Below, in pieces: positions 18,719-26,386 of a stretch of 32,000 nucleotides of DNA (the stretch's first letter is position 1; every line of letters begins with the position of its first letter). Position numbers and translations under genes: made by a program. Origin of the DNA: Methanocaldococcus jannaschii DSM 2661 (GTDB lineage: Archaea; AGJL01; Methanococci; Methanococcales; Methanocaldococcaceae); assembly GCF_000091665.1 (NCBI RefSeq), contig NC_000909.1, forward strand, positions 1,339,460-1,371,459, given 5' to 3'. Under the pieces are notes generated by a model, which was given only the letters and a program-made list of their open reading frames with translations, ran no database searches and was not told the origin of the DNA.

Positions 18719-19894
18719 ATGAAAAAGGACACTTTATTACTTATAATTTTAATCTTATTTTGCATCGTTCATGTTTATGGTATTTATGTACATATTTATG
18801 GTATTAATGTTAGCTTAGAAAATGTTAGTCAATACCTTTACAACACTACGGTTTATCTTTCTTATGAGAATGGAACTCCATGTTTTTATATTGGAGAGAA
18901 AAAAGAATTCGTGATTATTCCTCCATATATAAAAGTTGATAGAGACATAGCTCCTTTAATTAAAAAACTAAGATTTAAAATAGAGAATAAAAGTTATAAC
19001 CTTATCATTACAAAGAAAAATGTAAATACAAACAAGATGGCTATTATTTTTACTTCAATAAATGGTTCGAGAGAAGTTAATGGCAATAAGACAATTATCT
19101 GGATAAAAGACCCACTCAAATTAAAACAATCAGAGGTTGAGGCATTATATGAATTACCAGAAAAAGGAGAGGTTATAGCAAGATATAAAGACGGAAAACC
19201 AGCGGCGATAAAGATAAATAATAAAATATATGTTGGTTTTAAGCCAGATGAGGATGTTTTAGCTAATCTTATTTATATACATATAGTTAAGAAAACATCA
19301 AATCCTCTGCCCTATATACTTTTTACTGTTTTCTTAACTCTTGCATCTTTAATGCTAACTTTTCAAGAAACCCTAAAAAAGAAGTTTTTGGAGCTAATAT
19401 CTGCACTAGCATCAGTAAAAGTATTTATCCTCTCTCGTATAAATCTTCTTGATGAAGAAAAAGTCCTTCTAAATGACACAAGAAGAGAAATTTACAATTA
19501 TATTTTAGACAATCCTGGATGTCATTTAAGAGAACTTTCTAAAAACCTAAATAAACCAGTATCAACACTTACGTGGCATTTAAGAATATTAGAAAAAGCA
19601 AATCTAATTAAAAGTAAAAAATTTGGTAATCGATTAATTTACTATCCAGCAGATATGGATATGAGGGATTTGCCACTGTTATATTTAAAAAATGAAACGC
19701 AAAAAAGCATATTTGAATATTTATTAAAAAGTCCTGCTCATTTAAGAAAGATTGCTAAAGATTTGAATTTGAATGTTGAAACTGTAAGGTATAATTTAAA
19801 AAAACTGGAAAATCTTGGAATTGTAAAATCTAAAGAAGAGGGAAACAGAATAGTATATTATATAAATGAATCTATCTTAAAGTTTCATAAATAA
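18719..19894 (+). CDS. Membrane-tethered transcription regulator: N-terminal signal-anchor, ~185-aa extracytoplasmic domain, second TM, two cytoplasmic ArsR-type winged-helix HTH domains (MJ1398-like)
   Basis: 391-aa ORF.
- TM1: [17 protein letters not shown].
- TM2: [19 protein letters not shown] (~19306-19365).
- wHTH 1: [55 protein letters not shown].
- wHTH 2: [54 protein letters not shown]. Confidence 0.85.
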   Translation: MKKDTLLLIILILFCIVHVYGIYVHIYGINVSLENVSQYLYNTTVYLSYENGTPCFYIGEKKEFVIIPPYIKVDRDIAPLIKKLRFKIENKSYNLIITKKNVNTNKMAIIFTSINGSREVNGNKTIIWIKDPLKLKQSEVEALYELPEKGEVIARYKDGKPAAIKINNKIYVGFKPDEDVLANLIYIHIVKKTSNPLPYILFTVFLTLASLMLTFQETLKKKFLELISALASVKVFILSRINLLDEEKVLLNDTRREIYNYILDNPGCHLRELSKNLNKPVSTLTWHLRILEKANLIKSKKFGNRLIYYPADMDMRDLPLLYLKNETQKSIFEYLLKSPAHLRKIAKDLNLNVETVRYNLKKLENLGIVKSKEEGNRIVYYINESILKFHK

Positions 19895-20465
19895 AGTTAT
19901 ATTTCTTATATTTTTCCAAGTTATTTAAAATTTCCTGTAAAATGTTGTCTAATTGATTTAAACAATCTTCAAAGCTTTTTTCATTAACTACTACAAAATC
20001 AGCCAATGCAATAGCATGTCCAATACTAAATCCTAACTCCCTCAAGTCCCTCTCTACAAATACTTCCCAGTTTGCTGAATCATCTTCCCTTCCTCTTTTT
20101 TTCAATCTCTCAAATCTTGTTAATGGAGAAGAGTGAATGGCTATTAAAACCAAAGGTTTATGTTTTCTAAAATAATTAACCTCATATAAGCTCCTTATAC
20201 CTTCAACAATAACTATTTCTTTATCTTTTAAATTTTCTTCTATATATTTTAGACATGCAACTGCAATTGCCTCATTTCCAAACTCCTCTCTTAGCTTTAT
20301 AGCTGTATTTCCAACATTTTCTGGAGTTAATTCTAAGCCTCTTTTTTTTGTTTCATATCTAACAACGTCTCCCATGGAAACTATTGGTAGATTATATTTT
20401 TTAGCAATTTCATAAGCTGAGCTTTTTCCCGCTCCTGGCATTCCTGTAATACCTATCAACAGCAT
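19872..20465 (-). CDS. P-loop nucleotide-kinase-like protein (adenylate/dephospho-CoA-kinase fold; UPF0200-type, MJ1399-like)
   Basis: 197-aa ORF. The Walker A motif sits at the N-terminus ([16 protein letters not shown]). Small kinase-sized protein. Its 3' end overlaps the convergent 18719-19894 gene by 23 nt. Confidence 0.75.
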   Translation of the reverse strand: MLLIGITGMPGAGKSSAYEIAKKYNLPIVSMGDVVRYETKKRGLELTPENVGNTAIKLREEFGNEAIAVACLKYIEENLKDKEIVIVEGIRSLYEVNYFRKHKPLVLIAIHSSPLTRFERLKKRGREDDSANWEVFVERDLRELGFSIGHAIALADFVVVNEKSFEDCLNQLDNILQEILNNLEKYKKYNFIYETLR

Positions 20466-20474
20466 GGTTTCACA

Positions 20475-20678
20475 CTACGTTACATTGCTTAAGGATTTTT
20501 CAGCAACATTGGAACTTTGATTTATAACATCCATATTTGCATTTCTTGTTTCGATAGCTGTCTTTATCAAATAGTATGAAACAATTATTGCTGAGAGAAC
20601 AACAACCATAACTAACAAAGAAAATTCTAAAGAAATTTGTCCTTTATTGGATTTTATAAATTTCATTATAAATTTCAT
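20475..20678 (-). CDS. Small archaeal type IV pilin-like protein with class III signal peptide (DUF361-type, KGQ motif; MJ1400-like)
   Basis: MKFIMKFIKSNKGQISLEFSLLVMVVVLSAIIVSYYL has a short basic leader, then KG/Q, then a hydrophobic helix. This is the pattern processed by EppA-type prepilin peptidases in Methanococcus. The real start may be the second ATG (20666). Confidence 0.75.
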   Translation of the reverse strand: MKFIMKFIKSNKGQISLEFSLLVMVVVLSAIIVSYYLIKTAIETRNANMDVINQSSNVAEKSLSNVT

Positions 20679-20794
20679 AATATCCCCAAAAAAGTTTTAC
20701 TAAATTTACTAATAAGTTATTATAAAGTTATAATTATTTATAACTTATTTTATTCATAGCTTTATTTGAATGTTTATTTGAACGGTGATTTATA

Positions 20795-23221
20795 ATGCTT
20801 ATTGTTAGGAAGCCAAAAAAGAAAAAAGATGAGATAGAAATTGTTAAAGTAGGTGGAAAAATAGAAGATGGGATAGAAGTTAAAAATAATCAGAAGATAT
20901 TTGCAAATTACAAAAAAGTTGGAGATAAATACAAATTATACAGATGTAGAGTAGGAGATAAGTTAATTCAGCCGTCTAAGGTTTTGGAGTTGTTAAAATC
21001 TGACAAAATATTTATATTAAAAGAAAATGAGGAAGAAATAGAAGAAGTTTTAAAATCATACAATTTAAAGTTTGATTATATAGAACTCTGCCCATTCTGT
21101 TTATTAAAAAATATCTACAAAAGATTGACAAGAAATAATAGATGTAGATATGGAAATTTAGAAATATGTATAAACTGCGGGATTAATGAAATCAAAGAGG
21201 AAGTAAAAATTAGCGAAGAATTTATAGAGAAATTTTTAAAGAGATTTAAAGATGTTGATAAAGTTCTATCTTTGTTGAGAATAAGAAATCCATTGGATAA
21301 GCCGGAATTAACAAGATATGATATTATAACAGGTAGTGAAGAAGATAAGATTGAAAATTATAAGATAGATGAGTTAGATATTCCAGAAGAACTTAAAGAG
21401 ATAATAAAGAGTAGGGGGATTGAAGAGCTTTTGCCTGTTCAAACACTATCCGTTAAAGCTGGTTTGTTAAACGGAGATGATTTATTAATTATTTCAGCAA
21501 CTTCATCTGGAAAAACTTTAATTGGTGAGTTAGCAGGAATTAAAAATTTAATTAAAACTGGAAAAAAGTTTCTATTTTTAGTTCCTTTAGTTGCCTTAGC
21601 AAATCAAAAATACTTAGAATTTAAAGAAAGATATGAAAAATTAGGTTTTAAAGTTAGTTTAAGAGTTGGATTAGGTAGGATTGGAAAGAAAGTTGATGTT
21701 GAGACATCGTTAGATGCTGATATTATCGTTGGGACTTACGAAGGAATTGATTATTTAATTAGAACTAAAAGATTAAAAGATATTGGAACAGTGGTTATTG
21801 ATGAAATCCACTCTTTGAATTTAGAGGAGAGAGGAGCAAGATTGGATGGTTTAATTGGTAGGCTGAGGTTTTTATTTAAAGAGGCACAAAAAATATATTT
21901 ATCAGCAACAATTGGAAATCCAAAGGAATTGGCTAAACAACTAAATGCCAAATTAGTTTTATATAATGGAAGGCCAGTTCCTTTAGAGAGACATATAATT
22001 TTCTGCAAAAATGACTTTGCCAAACTAAATATTATCAAAGAAATTGTTAAAAGAGAATGGCAGAACATTTCAAAATTTGGATATAGAGGGCAGTGCTTAA
22101 TATTTACTTACTCAAGAAAGAGAGCAGAGTATTTAGCTAAAGCTTTAAAATCTAAAGGAATTAAAGCAGAGTTCTATCATGGAGGTATGGAATATATAAA
22201 AAGAAGGAAAGTTGAAGATGATTTCGCAAATCAAAAAATTCAGTGCGTTGTTACAACTGCCGCTTTATCTGCAGGGGTTGATTTTCCAGCATCAACTGTT
22301 ATCTTAGAGAGTTTAGCTATGGGGGCTGATTGGTTAAATCCTGCTGAATTCCAGCAAATGTGTGGGAGGGCTGGAAGAAAGGGGATGCATGAAATTGGGA
22401 AGGTCTATCTTTTGGTGGAAATAGGGAAGAAATATCATGCAAAGATGGAAAATACTGAGGATGAAGTGGCATTTAAATTATTAAACGCAGTTCCTGAAGA
22501 TGTTAAAGTTGAATATAATGAGGATGAGGAGGAAGAGCAGATATTAGCTACAATCTCAGCTGGAATAACTAACAGATACGATATAGATAGAGTTCCTTAT
22601 ATTGGAAGGGCATTTTCTTTGAACAAAATTTTGAGTAATTTAGAGAGTTATGGAATGATAAAAGCTAATAATGATGTGAAATTAACAAATTATGGAAGTG
22701 CAGTTGCTATTTCATTTTTATATCCAAAGGTTGCTGAAAAAATTAAAGAGGGGATTATTGAGAATAAAGAGATTATAAAACTAATTACTGAAATTATGCC
22801 CTTTGAAAACGTCTATTTATCAAACAATTTAAAAATAAAGCTTTCAAAAATTTTGAATATAAATGTTCCTTCAAGGTTTTTTGATGCTTTGGAAGTTATT
22901 AGGGAGGGGATGGAAAAAATTAAGGATAAGAAGTTAAAGGAGGATTTAACTTTAATTATTATGGAATTTGAGGGAGTTGAAGTTGAAGAAAAAATTTTAG
23001 AGATGATTATTAATCTAAGGATTTCTGGAAAAACTCCTGGACAGATATCAAAGACATTATATGAAGAGTTTAAAATACAAACGTACTCTGGAGATATTTA
23101 CTATTACTTAGAGCAGTTATTAAATCTTTTAGACGCTACAGAGAGAATAGCGAGGATATTTAACAAGAGATATGCCGAGAAAGTTAAAGAACTAAAAGAG
23201 AAAATTGAAAATCCAAAATAG
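20795..23221 (+). CDS. Superfamily-2 Ski2-like helicase with N-terminal 4-Cys zinc ribbon (ASH-Ski2/Eta-type; MJ1401-like)
   Basis: 808-aa ORF with GGTGA RBS. Zinc ribbon CPFC...(x22)...CINC at 21089-21177. Helicase motifs: I ATSSGKT, II DEIH, III SAT, VI QMCGRAGRKG. Confidence 0.88.
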   Translation: MLIVRKPKKKKDEIEIVKVGGKIEDGIEVKNNQKIFANYKKVGDKYKLYRCRVGDKLIQPSKVLELLKSDKIFILKENEEEIEEVLKSYNLKFDYIELCPFCLLKNIYKRLTRNNRCRYGNLEICINCGINEIKEEVKISEEFIEKFLKRFKDVDKVLSLLRIRNPLDKPELTRYDIITGSEEDKIENYKIDELDIPEELKEIIKSRGIEELLPVQTLSVKAGLLNGDDLLIISATSSGKTLIGELAGIKNLIKTGKKFLFLVPLVALANQKYLEFKERYEKLGFKVSLRVGLGRIGKKVDVETSLDADIIVGTYEGIDYLIRTKRLKDIGTVVIDEIHSLNLEERGARLDGLIGRLRFLFKEAQKIYLSATIGNPKELAKQLNAKLVLYNGRPVPLERHIIFCKNDFAKLNIIKEIVKREWQNISKFGYRGQCLIFTYSRKRAEYLAKALKSKGIKAEFYHGGMEYIKRRKVEDDFANQKIQCVVTTAALSAGVDFPASTVILESLAMGADWLNPAEFQQMCGRAGRKGMHEIGKVYLLVEIGKKYHAKMENTEDEVAFKLLNAVPEDVKVEYNEDEEEEQILATISAGITNRYDIDRVPYIGRAFSLNKILSNLESYGMIKANNDVKLTNYGSAVAISFLYPKVAEKIKEGIIENKEIIKLITEIMPFENVYLSNNLKIKLSKILNINVPSRFFDALEVIREGMEKIKDKKLKEDLTLIIMEFEGVEVEEKILEMIINLRISGKTPGQISKTLYEEFKIQTYSGDIYYYLEQLLNLLDATERIARIFNKRYAEKVKELKEKIENPK

Positions 23222-23263
23222 ATAATATTTGGATACATGATTTTATAATAACACATATAAAAA

Positions 23264-23276
23264 TTTTTTATTTTTT
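23264..23276 (+). terminator. T6-A-T6 tract about 40 nt downstream of the helicase stop
   Basis: The sequence ttttttatttttt follows the stop at 23221. Position-based call only. Confidence 0.35.
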
Positions 23277-23367
23277 AATAAAAATGTTTATTTAGCTTTT
23301 ATTTTTGATTTAGAGGTTGTTAAATCAGCGATTTCACCCAATTATAGAACATTATGAAGCTTTTTAC

Positions 23368-23620
23368 TCAACTAACAACCGTATCGAATTTACCATTACT
23401 TGGAAATCTATTTAAAACCTCTTTAATCTTATGATAATAAATTCTAATCGATTCGTGACTTATATCTTCGAATTTGGAGGGGGATAAACCACTTTCCTCA
23501 ATGATAATCCGAGGTAGTATAAAAGCCCTGCTAAGATTTTAACCTCTATCGATTCCTATTCCTTTTAAAAAGCTTCCTCTCTACGATTCTCTCCTTTATA
23601 ACTTCTATCATGAGCCTCAT
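23368..23620 (-). pseudogene. Decayed N-terminal remnant of a transposase-like gene (HTH region; IS6-like by motif), broken by frameshifts and stops
   Basis: On the minus strand three frames together read [24 protein letters not shown] / [27 protein letters not shown] / [40 protein letters not shown]. The pattern [11 protein letters not shown]...(I/V)SHesI..y..K resembles the HTH N-terminus of IS6-type transposases. The region has visibly higher G+C than the surrounding intergenic DNA. No DDE core is present. Confidence 0.4.
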
Positions 23621-23823
23621 ATTTTATTATTTTTTATCAATATTTAATAAAAACTTAACTTGACAATCTCTTCTATCACCTTTAGAAAAAGTAATATAAT
23701 TTTAAGGTTGTTTTGAAATTCTAATTATTTTTTAATCCAAAAAGAAATATTTTATTGCATATATTTTATTACATATTAGCAGTTAAAGGTTATTTTATAT
23801 TTAAATCTTTAAAACTATTTAGA

Positions 23824-23846
23824 TAAAAAAAAGAAAGAAAAAAGGT
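23824..23846 (-). terminator. Oligo-T tracts (T6, T8 on the minus strand) just downstream of the 23853-24893 gene
   Basis: The minus strand reads caccttttttctttcttttttttat immediately after the TAA stop. Confidence 0.4.
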
Positions 23847-23852
23847 GAGAAT

Positions 23853-24893
23853 TTATAACCTATCTTTTAATACAATATTGACATCAACTTGTTTATATAC
23901 TCCTTGGTCGGAAACAACTTTTACAGGGATTTTAACAGTTGTTTCTCCACTTGGCTCTTCTTGGAAACCCATACTTGAACCAAAGAAGAAGAATATTTCT
24001 TTTGAAACTTTTTCTCCTTTATGTAATGTTCCAACATCCCATTCTGAAGTATAGAACTTAGCATCGATTGGTGTTTTGTATTTGTAAAATGCTTGAGCAG
24101 TGTTCCATCCAATGAATTTTGTAGCTGTTAATGTATTTGTCCAGCTTGAATATGAACCATTAACCGCACATGCATACCACATATTGTTGAATCCTCCTGC
24201 ATACAACCTCATACTTTGGACATCATTTTGTGAATATGGCCATTTCTTAGCAGTTGTAACTGATAAATCTTTACTACCATCTACTGCTGCAACTCCAGTA
24301 ACTGAGTTTGGAGCTAATATGTAGTATACACTTGTATAGTTGTTTCCATCATCTCCAGTCCATGTAGCATCTGGGTATATTCCAGTTCTATTTAATATAC
24401 CTTTAAATGGAGTCCCATCATTTGTGCATAATAAATATGCATCATAGTTTTGTCCGTTGTAGTTTAATGTAATCTTTTTGAGTGTTAAACCAGCAACTTC
24501 TGTGGCTCCGTCACTTTCTATTTTTACATTTGTTAATGTCGAATCATAGTAGTTTTCTAAAGTTAATGGAACTGGAACGATTAATCTTTCATCATATGAG
24601 CCATAATCTGTTGTAGTCAAGTGAGAGAGTTTGTAATCTGGAGTAGGATATGTTAAATCCAAATCTCCTTCAACATCAATTTCTTTTGGAACTCCAACAC
24701 CTATGGCTCCTGCAGCGTAGGTTATTGTGGATGTTGTTCCTTCTAATGCTGACTGAGTACTTTGCTGGCTGTTATTAAATAATCCACTTCCCCATGCGTA
24801 GAATACTGCTCCTACGACTATTGTAACTCCTAACACGATTAATAAGGCTAAGATTGGAGAGATTGCTTTTTTGTTCTTCATCCATTCAAACAT
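23853..24893 (-). CDS. Large archaeal type IV pilin-like protein (Pilin_N/DUF1628-type class III signal peptide plus ~300-aa beta-rich domain), paralog A
   Basis: 346-aa ORF with GAGGTGA RBS. N-terminus MFEWMKNKKAISPILALLIVLGVTIVVGAVFYAWGSGLF has a basic leader, then A/ISP, then a hydrophobic helix. The C-terminus VKIPVKVVSDQGVYKQVDVNIVLKDRL parallels paralog B. Confidence 0.85.
   Translation of the reverse strand: MFEWMKNKKAISPILALLIVLGVTIVVGAVFYAWGSGLFNNSQQSTQSALEGTTSTITYAAGAIGVGVPKEIDVEGDLDLTYPTPDYKLSHLTTTDYGSYDERLIVPVPLTLENYYDSTLTNVKIESDGATEVAGLTLKKITLNYNGQNYDAYLLCTNDGTPFKGILNRTGIYPDATWTGDDGNNYTSVYYILAPNSVTGVAAVDGSKDLSVTTAKKWPYSQNDVQSMRLYAGGFNNMWYACAVNGSYSSWTNTLTATKFIGWNTAQAFYKYKTPIDAKFYTSEWDVGTLHKGEKVSKEIFFFFGSSMGFQEEPSGETTVKIPVKVVSDQGVYKQVDVNIVLKDRL
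24786..24872 (-). repeat. 87-bp block identical to 26172-26258 (encodes the shared KKAISPILALLIVLGVTIVVGAVFYAWGS segment)
   Basis: Read directly with no mismatch over 87 nt (offset 1386), whereas the rest of the two genes is well diverged. Confidence 0.9.
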
Positions 24894-24918
24894 ATTACAT
24901 CACCTCGTTCTTTCCTCG

Positions 24919-25006
24919 GGTATCCTATTACAGGAGACCGTCATTGGAATTAAATATTACTTTATATATTATTAAACTTTCTTTAATGTAGGTGGTTATG
25001 TATATA
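24919..25006 (-). promoter_or_regulatory. Promoter and 5' leader of pilin-like paralog A: upstream block, TATA box, ATGACGGTCTCC start region and leader hairpin
   Basis: The minus strand reads ATATACATAACCACCTACA ...AATATATAAAG... CCAATGACGGTCTCC TGTAATA GGATACC ...GAGGTGATGTAATATG. The blocks are conserved with 26305-26386. The hairpin GGUCUCC/GGAUACC lies at 24919-24939. Confidence 0.5.
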
Positions 25007-25180
25007 CGAATTTCGTCTATATAAAATTTTCTATATAATTCATAAAGAAAATTTTAAATATGAAAATTTAACTAACAGTATGATTTTTATATGAAAAAAT
25101 ATTTATTTTTCATAAATTTTATTTTTTTCAGAATTTGAAAAGAGATTTTTATATTAAATTTGAATTTATGGATGTATATA

Positions 25181-25205
25181 AATAAAAAAGAAAAAATTAG
25201 AAAAT
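25181..25205 (-). terminator. Oligo-T tracts (two T6 runs on the minus strand) immediately after the paralog B stop
   Basis: The minus strand reads attttctaattttttcttttttatt after TAG (25206-25208). Confidence 0.4.
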
Positions 25206-26279
25206 CTACTCATCATCATAGACCGTAAATTTAACTTTAACTTCTTTAGTTACTCCTTCGTTAGATACAACTTTTAACGGAACTTCAAATGTCACATATC
25301 CATCATTTGTAGATCCTTTGTAGTTTGGCAAGTATAATGTATTGAAGAATAAGTAGGTTTTTACAGTTTTTTCTGAGTTCTTTGGTAATGTTCCTACAAC
25401 ATATTCTGGGTTGTTGAATAGTTTATCTAAGTATGTTGCAGAACTGCAGAACCATTGTGCAACCAATGTTCCACTTCCAAATCCTGGTTTTAATTCTTCT
25501 CCAGTAGCTGTGTATAACTTAACATTACTACAGTATGTTCCATAATATGGCCATGAAGTCTCTACAAGTGGAGCTACTCCAGTTGTTGTATTAACTGCAT
25601 CCCAGCTGGAGTCTGATGTTGCACCAACTGAAGAAGCCAATTTTCCATAGGTGTCTCTTGTCTGATTCCATGCAATTACATACCCATTACTAACTTCAAA
25701 CATTCCTGATTTATTTACGTATCCAACGAACAATGTTCCATCTTTCTTCAACAATTGATAGTTGTCATTTAGGTGTAACCAGAATGCATAGAACTTTGCA
25801 GATATATCTTCAAAGGCATTTGTGTAAGTTCCACCCATATCAACTATTTTTGGGATTCCTCCTACAACTTTAACTCCAGTTAATTTATAATCTTGTGTGT
25901 CAATAGTTACTGGAATTTCCACAATAAATCTTTCGTCATAGAATACTGTGCCGTATGTTGAATTATAACATCCATTTGAAGTAGATGGCTTTGCAATTTT
26001 TCCGTTACCATTTGGATAGCCTAACCATGAATCACTATCATCAGCATCTTGGTATCTTATTTTGTCAATACATGTTGCTGCAACCCTAATTGCCCCAGCA
26101 TCATAAAACATATTTGTTGCAGTCCCTTCAACTGCTGCCTGTGTCTTTTCTTGGCTGTTTCCGAATAAATTACTTCCCCATGCGTAGAATACTGCTCCTA
26201 CGACTATTGTAACTCCTAACACGATTAATAAGGCTAAGATTGGAGAGATTGCTTTTTTATTCTTTAACCAGTCCATCAT
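25206..26279 (-). CDS. Large archaeal type IV pilin-like protein (Pilin_N/DUF1628-type), paralog B
   Basis: The ORF track extends to 26330 (MTVSHGGILEGSSRGGK...). However, GAGGTG sits 5 nt before ATG 26279 (MMDWLKNKKAISPILALLIVLGVTIVVGAVFYAWGSNLF). In paralog A the homologous upstream stretch is a non-coding leader that ends in a stop. The C-terminus is FEVPLKVVSNEGVTKEVKVKFTVYDDE. Confidence 0.85.
   Translation of the reverse strand: MMDWLKNKKAISPILALLIVLGVTIVVGAVFYAWGSNLFGNSQEKTQAAVEGTATNMFYDAGAIRVAATCIDKIRYQDADDSDSWLGYPNGNGKIAKPSTSNGCYNSTYGTVFYDERFIVEIPVTIDTQDYKLTGVKVVGGIPKIVDMGGTYTNAFEDISAKFYAFWLHLNDNYQLLKKDGTLFVGYVNKSGMFEVSNGYVIAWNQTRDTYGKLASSVGATSDSSWDAVNTTTGVAPLVETSWPYYGTYCSNVKLYTATGEELKPGFGSGTLVAQWFCSSATYLDKLFNNPEYVVGTLPKNSEKTVKTYLFFNTLYLPNYKGSTNDGYVTFEVPLKVVSNEGVTKEVKVKFTVYDDE
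26172..26258 (-). repeat. 87-bp block identical to 24786-24872
   Basis: See 24786-24872. Confidence 0.9.
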
Positions 26280-26304
26280 CTTCCCACCTCTACTACTTCC
26301 CTCA

Positions 26305-26386
26305 AGTATCCCACCATGGGAGACCGTCATCGGGAGTAATAATTTTATATATTTTTTATTAATTTGTGTAGGTTATTATGTATATT
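26305..26386 (-). promoter_or_regulatory. Promoter and 5' leader of pilin-like paralog B (same architecture as paralog A)
   Basis: The minus strand reads ATATACATAATAACCTACA ...AAATATATAAAAT... CCGATGACGGTCTCC CATGGTG GGATACT ...GAGGTGGGAAGATGATG. The hairpin arms are conserved and the loop differs completely. Confidence 0.5.

Noticed and set aside
19872-19894. 23-nt overlap of the convergent 3' ends of the wHTH regulator gene and the P-loop kinase-like gene
   Set aside because: The overlap is real but unremarkable. Convergent gene-end overlaps or abutments (also at 30470/30472) are common in compact archaeal genomes, and I see no structure suggesting antisense regulation.
20711-20749. Nested inverted repeats AATAAGTTAT...ATAACTTATT and AAGTTATAA-TTAT-TTATAACTT in the pilin/helicase divergent spacer
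   Set aside because: My rough estimate is that several 9-bp A/T-rich perfect inverted repeats are expected by chance in 32 kb of this composition. There is no second copy elsewhere in the window. It might be an operator, but the sequence alone does not support that.
26280-26330. N-terminal extension MTVSHGGILEGSSRGGK of pilin-like paralog B
   Set aside because: The homologous stretch upstream of paralog A ends in a stop and contains the RBS. A class III signal peptide would not tolerate a 17-aa extension. GAGGTG precedes ATG 26279.
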